Of a stretch of 64,000 bases of DNA, positions 12,622-24,863 are shown piece after piece (within the stretch, counting starts at the first letter, position 1; each line of letters opens with the position of its first letter). A program made the position numbers and the translations under genes. The notes beneath the pieces were generated by a model. It was not told the DNA's origin, searched no databases, and saw nothing but the letters and a program-made list of their open reading frames with translations. Origin of the DNA: the human T2T-CHM13v2.0 reference genome, Homo sapiens; the NCBI RefSeq assembly GCF_009914755.1, contig NC_060928.1; one strand, written 5' to 3'.

Positions 12622-12773
12622 GCCTAGCTGAAAAGTTAAATCTCCTGGTCTATAGTGTTCCTTTAATCTCAGTCACCATCCCTCACCTGGGGTTGGAGTC
12701 TCGAGGAAACCCATGAAAAACAGCTTCTGTGGTAAAGATGTCACACCAAATAGGATGTTGTCGGGATTGTTGA
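12622..12773 (+). repeat. Probable donor copy of the 152-bp duplication
   Basis: Matches 11039-11190. Confidence 0.95.
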
Positions 12774-15020
12774 GACTCTAGGTCCTTTTCAGCTTGGGCT
12801 ACCATTTATATTTCCTGACCATCTGCTTCAGCCGTGTACTTCCTAGCTTGGTCCCAAATGTAAATTGGGTTAAGAACAGAAAACACATCGATTTCTAGGA
12901 GGGCTCAAATAAAAGCAGCATATTCACACTCAGTGGACTTAACTAGCTGTTATATAAAATTCTTCCCATATGGGTTTTTTCCTTATTATTCCTGTAGATG
13001 CTGGCATTAGCCCAGTGGGCTTTTGAGAAAGACAGTTTGGGTTGTATCTCAGCTTTGACTCTGTGTGACCCTGGGTCTCCTCAGTTCCCTTATTCCAAAA
13101 CAAGGACAATAAAGCCCACCACACAGGGTACTGAAAAGGATTAAATCACACTTACAATAGGATCCAGTATGGGTTCTTACTCAGAATTGAAACCTAGTAA
13201 ATAAATGTTTCCTTTCCTCTTCTTGGAGTTCTACTCTCAGAGAACATAACATTTCCAGCAGAAGCCACAATCCCTGAGCTAGCAACCAACTCTTTAAGAA
13301 TACAGCCAATAAGCCAGTACTTCCCTTGCTCAGAACCACAACCCAAAGCTTGGGTGCAGACAGCTAGTTAAGAAAAAATTTAGCATGACAGACACAAGTA
13401 GTATTTTCCTGATAACAACTAAAAGAAAATTAAATAACAAAACCACAATGTTTGTCAGCCAGCATATCTGTAAGATTATAAAATATACAGGACATCTAGT
13501 GAACTGTATATTTATACAGGAGGCTGGCTTAGCTATTTTTCCAGGAAAGAAAACAAGAAAAAATAAACTTTAGACTTAAATTTGCCAAGTATTTACTTCT
13601 TCACTGAAGCAGGCACAACATGAGGATTATGTCACTATTCAGCATTTGTGGTGAGAGGCAATCCAACTTGAAACAGAGCAGTCAAAACAGAGTTGGAACA
13701 GCCAGCTCTTACTTATCAGCTGTGTTGGAGAATCAGTTTTCTTTTCTCAGTAATTCTAGGGATAGCTATAGGGAATGTTAGGAAATAAGCAATAAAGCAA
13801 TTTACACACGCCTCCATCAGAATAACTATTAAGCTTCACTGTAATTATTCCTTTATCTATTTTCCTACTTTAAATCAGAGAATAAGGATTAAGCCTATTC
13901 CATCTCTTCATTCTGGATTTCAGAAAAATGCCTGATAGAGTAGGTGTTAAGTAAATGTGTGTCAAATATTAACTACTTGGAGAAGAATAAATCTGCAGTT
14001 AGTGCTGTGAAGTAATGGTGCAGTTGGGTGCTAAGGATAAGCTACTCAGCCAACAGAAAGTTAGTTGAAAATTAAAGAAAGACACCGTTTTCCCAGCTCT
14101 CGATCTTGTTAGGCTCACTGATCTCATCAAGTTATTCATAGACATTATAACACACCCATACTATCTGCCTCATCAGTGATTTGTTTGATGTTTTAATTAG
14201 AGTCGCATTTGTAACTATTAGGGACTCTGTTAAGAGTTCCCCTCGTCTGTCTATTCACGTGCTCTCATCATACACAGATGCTATGATATAGACATATTAA
14301 ACATTATTTTATTATAGATGTTTGCTTCAATGTACAACATACAGATGGTAAATTACACACAACCAAGCCCTTGTTCCTCCTCTTTCACTATAATACCCAC
14401 CATATCTAATTAGATCTTGTATTTCTTTAGTGTCCTTAATTAACTACTTACTTAATTAACTAGAAATGTCAATCAAGGAACTAGCTCAGTCACACACCAG
14501 TAGAGCAACCTCTTTGAAATCAGTATTGTTCAGGAAAATCTGTTTCAAAGATTACCTAAGTAAATGGACTGATCAAGAAGGTAAAAAGGAAAACACAAAT
14601 ATTTCTTACCAAAAAATTGAAGGATAATGAATGTTGGAAAATACTATGGACAAGATGTTAACATAAGTTCTCATGATGATTCAAACTTTTCTTTGCTGAA
14701 ATCTGCGTTTTTATGCTATGTATGCTATTTTCATTTGTGGTTTATATGTTCATCCTTCAATTTCCTAAATTTTGTTTTCGGAATGACAAAGTCATAATAA
14801 CGTTTTCTTCTCCAAAACAAATTTCTTGCATAATTATTTCCAAGAGAAACTTTTCATTTCCTTATCCTTTGCAATCCTGTAATTCTTTTTTTTTTTTTTT
14901 AAATATATGCTCATGATGTCATTACTTGGTGAATACCACTTCCAGATAGGTCAGAAAACAATCTTAAAGAAAACAGAGATGCAAAAAGATTTATAAAAAC
15001 CTTTTTAAAAAACAATAACC

Positions 15021-15345
15021 AGCCGGGCATGGTGGCTCACGCCTATAATCCCAGAACTTTGGGAGGCTGCGGCGGGCGGATCACCTGAGGTTGGGAGTTC
15101 GAGAACAGCCTGACCACTATGGAGAAATCCCGTCTCTCCTAAAAATATAAAAAAATTAGCCATGTGTGGTGGTACATGCCTGTAATCCTAGCTACTCGGG
15201 AGGCTGAGGTAGGAGAATCACTTGAACCTGGGAGGCGGAGGTTGCAGTAGCCGAGATCATGCCATTGCATTCCAGCCTGGGCAACAAGAGTGAAACTCTG
15301 TCTCAAAACAAACAAACAAACAAACAAACAAACAAAAAAACAAAA
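15021..15345 (+). mobile_element. Full-length AluS (Sp/Sq-like) with (CAAA)n tail
   Basis: Dimeric Alu; TSD aaaaacaataacc on both sides. Confidence 0.95.
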
Positions 15346-18300
15346 AATATAAAAACAATAACCACCCCTCCAAAAAAAAATCTGGCAAAGCTAATATATC
15401 AAATGATTCTCAGTGTTACCTGAATGATTTTAAGTATCTGTAGACTAATCATAACATCAGATTATCATGCCAGGAACAGAAAAACAAATAATATAGCATT
15501 GCAAGAGAAAGTAGTCAGGCTAAACAAAGAATTTTACATTAGAATTCATATTTTATCCAACTTTTCCTCTTCTACTAAACTTATCACTGTGCCTTTTACA
15601 CGCAGATGAATTTTAAAATGTGTGGGAAGAATAGCTATTATCTACTCACTTACTGCCTAGATCATGAACCTGTAATGACCTGGATTGTTCTATCAGCCCT
15701 AAGGCAAATGATCTATAAACCAAACACAGATATTCCAGCTCCATCTGTGACGAGGACCTCCCTGGCCTTATTCCTAACATTGTTCCCCTTCTGTTCCACA
15801 CCTGGGAGAGCTCAAGCCCTCTGGCTTTGGATGCAGGTCCCATCTGTCTCTTTAAATGTATTGGCAGACCTGGGCATCAGAGCTTTCTAAGGACTTTGGT
15901 TCAGACTCATTACTCTGGCTTTCCCAGGTAGGGGATCCCCTTTTCTAGCTCTTACTATAGAATTCAAACTGTGGCTCTGACCCAACTGTCATATCTGGTT
16001 TCATTAAATGTCCACTGGCATCTTTTATTCTGGTCCTGAAAAGTCAAAATAGGCAAAAGAAACTAAGGAAATTCCACACTCCATCAAGGGAAGCTTCCAC
16101 ATATCCTGACTTAAGGATATTTTAGTTTTAAAACAGTGACCTGAAACCATTGACTCATGCATTATGTCAGCAAACATTTGTTGAGTGCTTAGCATGAACC
16201 AGACTCATTTTAGAGACTTTTTCTTCTAGCTCCTTCTAACTCCCTGTTTGAAAACTTATCTTCATGTTTACATCTTCTTTTTCCAGAGTCCTGGCACAAA
16301 GCTTCCCGTGAACTTTCAGGACCAGATATTCATAGTTTTTGATGGGTCCCTAGGAAAACCACTGGTGTGAGAGAATTTTAGAGTCTGGTGGATGCAAACA
16401 GGAATGAGATATATGATGGCTTTCCTTACAGAATACACAATCCAGTATGGGAGTATGTAAATCAATGCTCCCCACAATGTGATTTGTATCCAAAGGCCAA
16501 GATAACCCTTTGGAAGGAAAGATGGGATTTTAATGGAAGTGACATTTGAAATGGTCCTTGATTGATAAATAGGAGCCTTCAGTGACTGGGCCCTGCCTAT
16601 CCTTCTGCTGGATCAATCTAAATGTTAAATTCTGTGTTAAAAAAATAAACGGCTGATTTTTGTTTTCAGGTCACACTACACTGTTGCCAGTTTCCATTCC
16701 TTTGCTTGTTTGGTCTGCCTCTTCTGAAGTGGGTCCCTTCCCAACTCACCTTAGGTAGCACCCTCTACCAGAAAGTTTTCTCTGGAAGCTCCCACCCTCC
16801 CAAGAAAAAGGGTCAGGTGTTCACCTCCTGTGAGTGCCCACAAAACTCTGCACACAGCTGAGTGTCTTGGACCTCCACACAATGCCATATCTTTCTGTGC
16901 CACTCTGTAGATGTGAGTTCAGTTGAAGCAAAGTCTTCTTTTCCCTCTTTGTAATCCGATTTAGAGCCAAATTTAGTTCCTGGATTATGAGTGGTAGATA
17001 AATTTTGAATGGATGAATGGACAGATGCATTAACAATAAAGTAACTAGAGCAACTATGTAGGAAAGTTGTCTGTAGCAGAAGTGTGGAAGATGGGTGGTA
17101 TTAGGCAAGACTATTTCACTGGCAAGAGACAGACATCTAATTTATACCATCTCAAAAAAAAGAAAAGAAAGAAAATCTGCTGGCCTACATGACTGAGAAG
17201 TTCATAAATAAATCAGAGCCAGCTGGAGGACCTAGGTGTCCATACATATACTTAGATGGTCCCCTTCATGTCTTACCTTTGCTTTTCTCTGGGCCAAATT
17301 CGCTCTCAGGTAGGTTCTCTCCAAGCATTACAAAATTCCAGGCCCTCATTTTACCAGTTTTGCAATCCCAGTGAGAATTCAGAACCTCCTTTTCATTCGT
17401 TCCAGCAAAAATTCTAGGAACTATTTCTAATATAGCCAGGCTTTGGTCACTTGTCCACATCTGAATTAATCAGCAGGGTTAGGGCTGGGGGTGGCATACA
17501 GGAAGGAACTGAGAGATGGGTTATCTTACCTGAAATCTACAGACTAAGAGCTGGTAATCGAGGGGGTGTTCCGAGAAGGGGGTGCCAGACAAGCAGTCTT
17601 TGGAAGACTGAATAGAGAGGCTGAACCTAACTCTAGCACCCACTATGCCCTTGTACTTTGGGGGGTGAACTGATCCAGAAATCTAACATCATATTCACAC
17701 ATCTTTATTATTCTCTGCTCAGAGCCAGAGTCATTACATTGGAAGAGATGAGTATAGAGAAATAGGTACAGCAGGTGTGAGGGACAAGAGTTCCTAAGGC
17801 AAGTAGGGGCAGAGGAGAGCTGCCCCGCCGGTTCCTGCCTGCCTTGAGCATGGTCACTTCTCAGGATGGAGCAGTGCCTCTATTTAGGCTCCCCTAAAAT
17901 ACAGAGCTTGAGTCATGGGCTTGCCATGCATGTAATTGATTTGGGGAAATGTTCCCAACACAGAGGACTCAAGAACAGGAAAGAGTAAAATAGGAAAAGA
18001 GGACATGGGCAACTGGGGTTCAATCCTACTGGATATCCTCTGAGAAATGATGTAGAATGTCTGCCCAAAGCATGAAAAATGGGAAAACATGTATCTTTTG
18101 CCTCTGGTTTCTCCTGCGAAAGGGATGTTACATGGCAGCAACAGAGAAACTTTGGGCTAGTGAGTGAAAAATACCTGATGCAGCTGAGGCAGGGAGCTGC
18201 CAGGTGACATCTGCAGGCAGCAGAGTGCTACAGCAATGACAGATAAACAGGTCTAGAAAACATGAGCTCCCAGATTTGACTGCTAATTATGAAAGTTTCA

Positions 18301-19084
18301 ATAGTGATTCCAGGCAAAATGGAATTTAGCTACCAAAGCTTCCATTTTTAAAGGTTCCTCCATTTCTTTAAGAATTGTTGCTTGCATACGTTTAAAGACT
18401 GCGTAAAATCCCGTCATTCAACTCTTGAAAAAAATTAGCTTGGAGGAACATTTGTTCCAACAAGACAATGAATTTGTTTATTTTTCCAGGCTACAGCATT
18501 CCTGTGCTTATAAATTTTGAATTTTGGTTTATGCGGATTTCATTGATACAAGTGGCATATTAAGGAGGAAATAACAACAAAAAATTCTTTCCATTCCAAT
18601 TCATTTACACAAAATGTGATTTTGATGAAAATTTTCCTGAGTCAAGTTCTGTCTAATCTGCGGATGCCCACTGCTTCTTGACATGCTTAATTCGCTTCAT
18701 TCTCTTGGCAGCTCCTGTGGAGCTCTGCTCCCCCTGAGCGCTCTCATTGCGTCAGTTTTGGGTTGGGTCCTGAGATGATTACAGCAGAAACACTTGTGTT
18801 TTTCTCCAGTTACCAGAACTAGATGAGAGATTTGGGCAGCGTGATTAATGATGAAGGCAAACTATTTAATCCTATGAAACATGATGAAGTGTCCAAACTC
18901 GGCAGTAGATATTTTGGATTTTCATATTTGAACAAACAGGCACTAAACGAAAATTCAGTTTCCTCTCTAAAAGCTAGCAGATGAAACACGCATGGCCATT
19001 TAATTTTGGTGGCATTCTAAATGAATTCAGAAAGAGAAACTTTTTAAAAAATAAACTATTTTAAAAAAAGAAACTAAAAAATAA

Positions 19085-19650
19085 AAAAATTATTTTGAAA
19101 TAATTTTAAGTTTATAAAAGTTGCAAAGTCAATACAGTATCTGTGTATCTTTCACCCACTTTCCTTTAAAGTGAACATTTTACAATATCATGGTATAGTC
19201 GTCAAAGCTAAGAAACCACCGCTGACACATTACTTTTAACTGAACTGCAGATTTTATTTGGGTTTTGCCAGTTTTTCCGTTAACATCCTCTTTCTGTTTC
19301 AGAATGCAAACCAAAGTACCACACTGCAGTGGATTGTCATGTCTCCATAATTTCCTCTGGACTGTGATGGTTCTTCAATCTGCCCTTATTTTTCATGACA
19401 TTGACAATTTTGAAGAGTACCACTCAGCCATTTAAGATTCTTTGATTTAGGTTTGAAGCATGCTTTTCTCATGATTAGACTTGGGCTATTAATTTTTGAA
19501 AGAGCACCAAAGAGGTATGCTGTTCTTGTGACATCATATCAAGGGGGTACATGATATGCACATGACATCACACTGATGACGTAAATCTTCCTCATTTGGT
19601 ATAGGGCGAGTTTACCAGGTTTTCTCATGGCAAAGTTACTATTTTATTTT
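19085..19650 (-). mobile_element. Ancient L1M(B/C) 3' fragment
   Basis: tattttgaaataattttaagtttataaaagttgcaa...ctttcacccact, typical of old L1M 3' ends. Confidence 0.6.
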
Positions 19651-19894
19651 TCAGAATTGTGTACTTCAGGAAAATATAACAAGCTATTTCAATGCCACAG
19701 GAAAGATATGCTGTTAGTGAAACAAAATTATAGAGATGTGTGACCATTTTGCTGTGTTTTCATTTAAGAATATGTAAATTTGAACCATTCAACTAGGGCA
19801 ATAACAGATTTTTTAAAATCATTCTACTCTTGAAAGTATTAATTATATATCACAGAGTGTTTTTATCATAGTATAATAGTTAAATGCCATTTTA

Positions 19895-20100
19895 TCTGAC
19901 TTTGATTTCCAGGCTCAAGGATGTATGACCTTAGGCAAGTGACTTAACCTCTCTGCACCACAGTTTCTTTATTTGCAACTTAAAATCTCATAGACACAAC
20001 AATATCTACTGATACTGTAGTTATCAGTACAAGCACAGGCTTGTTTGGAAGACTGAATGAGTTAATATTTGTAAACTGCTTAGAAGAGCAGAAAATAAAT
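19895..20100 (+). mobile_element. MIR remnant
   Basis: tgaccttaggcaagtgacttaacctctctg...cagtttc. Confidence 0.7.
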
Positions 20101-21351
20101 GCTCTGCCCTTTGCCTCGGGTGTAGAGGTTTAGCAATTTGCCCTTGGTATGCAGCAGCATAATCAAGGAAGCAGCATATTTTTTATTTACCAGAATTCTG
20201 TAAGCTCTTATAATTTAGCTCCTTTGTTGAAGAAAAAAAAGCAAATTTTCAGCGACCTGTGAATGTTTGTTTCATAGACAAAGTGAAGAGACATTAGAGA
20301 AGAAAAATCTCTTCTTGCCTTTTTGGTTTGTATAAACTTTATAAAATGAGCATATATTACAACTACAATTAGAAAACAAAACAATACATTTTTCAAGTTT
20401 TAAAGAATCATTTCCATGTTTCTGGAAATTTCAGTTTCCCATCAAATCCCAGAAAAAGAGTGATAATAAGAGGTGTAATCACTCAAACTTTCAATTATGC
20501 ATGAGCTAGTCACACACTTAATAAACTTTAGATTATATGTCATTTCCTATTCCTTACTACTAATTTGAACCTTCCTCTAATTTTCTTGATTTTTCCCTTA
20601 GAGTCATATTGATAAATACTAGAGTTTTTTTAAAAAATAGTCATTCCTTTAGTACATCTTTTCAATAAATAAGATGAAGACTATTACATTCAAAGTCCCT
20701 TTTTATATACATGAAGTGATTGAAAGGTGGACTACAAAATAAACCAATGATCTGTCTGAACGGTAACAAATAAAATTTCATCTAAGTGTACCTCGTGGTA
20801 GAGTACATATTTGTCTTCCTTTCTGAAAGCCTGATACAGAAAATTTTATTTCAATTTTTGTAAATTCTCAGCTGAGTTTCTTTTTTAAAAAATTTAGATT
20901 TAGAAGTTTGCAGCATTGATTACAGCTTGAAACTGATGAAGATATTTGGGACACTGTATTTGGTCTCCATTGGGTCAATGCTTTTTCATTTATTCTTCCT
21001 GTTAAGAAATATAAGTAATCAGGAAGATGTGAAAAGAGAAATAATTGAAAAAGACTGGAGTACATATACTATCTACAGTGTCTGTTTTAAAGAAACAACA
21101 TTCTAGCACACCTTTCTACCCTTGACTAAGATTACTGTAATGAGAGCACCAGTACCCCTGAGTAACCGAAAGGGCATTTTGGAAACTGAGCTTTTGGTGT
21201 TTATATGAACATTCTGTCTTCCAGGACCTGCCTTGATTTATTCAAGACTCATACTGCTGTATATGGTGTTGTATACATTAGGGGTAGTTGGGTAGCAGTA
21301 ACTGATATAGAAAATTTTAAATGTAAAAAACACTGGGGAGTGAACCTTTCC

Positions 21352-21353
<2 letters not shown>

Positions 21354-21405
<52 letters not shown>

Positions 21406-21412
21406 TATATAT
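21354..21412. repeat. (TA)n microsatellite ~1.7 kb upstream of CXCL1
   Basis: More than 20 uninterrupted TA units. Confidence 0.95.
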
Positions 21413-22599
21413 AAATTCACATCAGGATGAGTTTCTGTTTAGGCAATGTTGGAAAACGCTATTTCCATTTTTTTTTTAAACAAATATTTAACAAACATTT
21501 ATAAGGCACTTAAATCCATGCTGGCTCTTACAAATGTTGACTCATTTCTCATAACCACCTTGGGGTAGAAACGGAGAGGCTAAACAATCTGCAGGCGATG
21601 CTTCACTACTAAATGCAGGTGGCAGCCTTGCCTGTGTTCTCTGCTTGGCTAGGAACACAGGTCTTACCTATTGAGCTGGGCTGTGTAGAACTCTGTTGTG
21701 GAGACATCTGCCCCTGGGGCAGAAGCCTCTGCTTTTTCCCCCTCCTCCCATCTTACTCCATGTCTCAGAGAGCTCTGAATCCCACTTGGAGAATCACACT
21801 TAAACCCTCTAAAAACCTAATGATGAATAAAAATAAGTTCTCTAGAACTTCTGGAGAAAAAAGTAATAAAGCTACCAGGTTAAATGACTGAAATTCCTGA
21901 GAGAAAACAACATGTGTGTGTTTCTCTAGAAAGGGGGCCCAATACTGAATACCAGGAAGTCCTATAGTAAATGGAATGTGACTCTATGTGGGATCCGGCG
22001 TTCCTATTTCATCCGAATGCATGTCTGCTGCTTCAGTGGGAAGGGTGCTTGCACACCAGGTACCCACTCCCTGGTGTCATGTGCTATGCAGTCCAAAGAC
22101 AGAACCAGGAATGGTGAGCCCATGAGCCTGCTGGACCCAGCCCCTCCGAGGTCCGGAGTGACAACCAGTGCCGTATTTCTAGATCAAACCTGAACCCCTC
22201 CTACAGGGAAAAGATTTCCAGGGGATTTTGAAAGTTCCAACATTTTACAGGGAAGAAGGAAGATAAGCAGGATATGAAAGAAGAGTTCATGTTATACAGC
22301 CCTGGCTTCCACTGACGCTAACACTGGATTCAGCTTTTGACACTGATAATCTGTTGCCACCAAATGGAAAACGTAAACAAGATATTCTAAGTGTGGTTAG
22401 AGAATATGCAACACAAGGAACAAGCAGAACATTCTTCTCTGGAATCTGACATAATGGACTGTACTTTCACAGACAGCACTGATGTTAGATGTACGTGAAA
22501 TAGGCTAAACTGAAAATAAGAAAGGCTGAGGCAGAGAGGATAATATAGCTCCAGCCTATCTCCCAGCACCTTGTTAATTTCTCTCAATCTCCAGCCACA

Positions 22600-23560
22600 A
22601 ATCCGAGACACAACGCTCTTCCTCCAAAGAGGTCGCGCCTTCTCTGTGGTGGTTCTCAGGGATCCGCCCCAGCTCCTTCTCCGTTCCCAGCCCCACACAC
22701 TGGGATCACCAGGCACCCAAGATCCCACCTCTCAGGTGGTATCTTCAGCGCAGGCTGCCACTCAGCCCCCCTCCAGGGATCTGGGGCAGAAGGCGAATAT
22801 CCCAGAGTCTCAGAGTCCACAGGAGTTACTCTGAAGGGCGAGGCGCGGGCTGCATCAGTGGACCCCCACACCCCACCCGCACCCCAAGCGCTCCACCCTG
22901 GGGGCGGGGCCGTCGCCTTCCTTCCGGACTCGGGATCGATCTGGAACTCCGGGAATTTCCCTGGCCCGGGGGCTCCGGGCTTTCCAGCCCCAACCATGCA
23001 TAAAAGGGGTTCGCGGATCTCGGAGAGCCACAGAGCCCGGGCCGCAGGCACCTCCTCGCCAGCTCTTCCGCTCCTCTCACAGCCGCCAGACCCGCCTGCT
23101 GAGCCCCATGGCCCGCGCTGCTCTCTCCGCCGCCCCCAGCAATCCCCGGCTCCTGCGAGTGGCACTGCTGCTCCTGCTCCTGGTAGCCGCTGGCCGGCGC
23201 GCAGCAGGTGGGTACCGGCGCCCTGGGGTCCCCGGGCCGGACGCGGCTGGGGTAGGCACCCAGCGCCGACAGCCTCGCTCAGTCAGTGAGTCTCTTCTTC
23301 CCTAGGAGCGTCCGTGGCCACTGAACTGCGCTGCCAGTGCTTGCAGACCCTGCAGGGAATTCACCCCAAGAACATCCAAAGTGTGAACGTGAAGTCCCCC
23401 GGACCCCACTGCGCCCAAACCGAAGTCATGTAAGTCCCGCCCCGCGCTGCCTCTGCCACCGCCGGGGTCCCAGACCCTCCTGCTGCCCCAACCCTGTCCC
23501 CAGCCCGACCTCCTGCCTCACGAGATTCCCTTCCCTCTGCAGAGCCACACTCAAGAATGG
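22600..23560. other. CpG island over the CXCL1 promoter and exons 1-3
   Basis: High GC and CpG density relative to the AT-rich flanks; boundaries estimated by eye. Confidence 0.8.
22900..23005 (+). promoter_or_regulatory. CXCL1 promoter: Sp1 GC box (22900-22910), IUR element GGGATCGATC (22932-22941), NF-kB GGGAATTTCC (22951-22960), second kB-like CGGGCTTTCC (22976-22985), TATA-like CATAAAA (22999-23005)
   Basis: Motifs read directly; the arrangement matches the known CXCL1/MGSA promoter. TSS near 23029. Confidence 0.9.
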
Positions 23561-24173
23561 GCGGAAAGCTTGCCTCAATCCTGCATCCCCCATAGTTAAG
23601 AAAATCATCGAAAAGATGCTGAACAGGTGAGTTATGGTTTCCATGTACACAGGCGACTGGAGCCGTTGGTCAGAAATACTGGCATGTGCCCCCTAAAAAT
23701 AAAATCAGGAAAACCCAGGGGTTAGTTGAAGGACTAGAAATTGGGATTATTGTTTTCACAATTAAGGTTTCCTTTACGATAATTACTGCTCTGGTGCCAG
23801 AGGATATTCCCAATGCCTGGCGTCCCCACCCTGGTTCTTCCTTCGTTCCAATGAATGTAGGTAAAACTGCCTTCATTTGAGGCCCAGTAGGACAAACAGC
23901 AACAGGTTCTGGCTGTTTTTAATCCAATAGTACAGTGGAGACCACCGCCCCACCCCACCCCCATTCCTAAAAGAGCATCCCAAGCTTAGAGGTCCCTGCC
24001 ACACAGCACAGCTGTCATAGGCAGTAGCCACTTGGTTGCCAGGCTGGGGAAACTGCATTCGGAGAACTCTAGAGGCTGGAGGAGCAGGGCAGGAGAAGAG
24101 TGTTGTGCAATCAGCTTTCCCGAGCACCTACTCAGGGCACCCATTTTCTCATTGCAGTGACAAATCCAACTGA
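23108..24173 (+). CDS. CXCL1: C-X-C motif chemokine 1 (GRO-alpha), 107 aa; exons 23108-23207, 23306-23429, 23543-23626, 24158-24173
   Basis: GT-AG introns; 100+124+84+16=324 nt. Translation [107 protein letters not shown]. Confidence 0.99.
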
Positions 24174-24317
24174 CCAGAAGGGAGGAGGAAGCTCACTGGT
24201 GGCTGTTCCTGAAGGAGGCCCTGCCCTTATAGGAACAGAAGAGGAAAGAGAGACACAGCTGCAGAGGCCACCTGGATTGTGCCTAATGTGTTTGAGCATC
24301 GCTTAGGAGAAGTCTTC

Positions 24318-24335
24318 TATTTATTTATTTATTCA
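24318..24335 (+). promoter_or_regulatory. AU-rich element in the CXCL1 3'UTR
   Basis: Three overlapping ATTTA pentamers (tatttatttatttatt). Confidence 0.85.
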
Positions 24336-24857
24336 TTAGTTTTGAAGATTCTATGTTAATATTTTAGGTGTAAAATAATTAAGGGTATGATTAACTCTAC
24401 CTGCACACTGTCCTATTATATTCATTCTTTTTGAAATGTCAACCCCAAGTTAGTTCAATCTGGATTCATATTTAATTTGAAGGTAGAATGTTTTCAAATG
24501 TTCTCCAGTCATTATGTTAATATTTCTGAGGAGCCTGCAACATGCCAGCCACTGTGATAGAGGCTGGCGGATCCAAGCAAATGGCCAATGAGATCATTGT
24601 GAAGGCAGGGGAATGTATGTGCACATCTGTTTTGTAACTGTTTAGATGAATGTCAGTTGTTATTTATTGAAATGATTTCACAGTGTGTGGTCAACATTTC
24701 TCATGTTGAAACTTTAAGAACTAAAATGTTCTAAATATCCCTTGGACATTTTATGTCTTTCTTGTAAGGCATACTGCCTTGTTTAATGGTAGTTTTACAG
24801 TGTTTCTGGCTTAGAACAAAGGGGCTTAATTATTGATGTTTTCATAGAGAATATAAA

Positions 24858-24863
24858 AATAAA
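24858..24863 (+). terminator. CXCL1 polyadenylation signal
   Basis: AATAAA ~690 nt after the stop codon, followed by GT/T-rich sequence. Confidence 0.8.

Noticed and set aside
22387-23289. Several 84-169 aa ORFs on both strands over the CXCL1 promoter
   Set aside because: Expected in GC-rich CpG-island DNA with few stop codons; low-complexity P/G/A/R composition and no recognisable domain.
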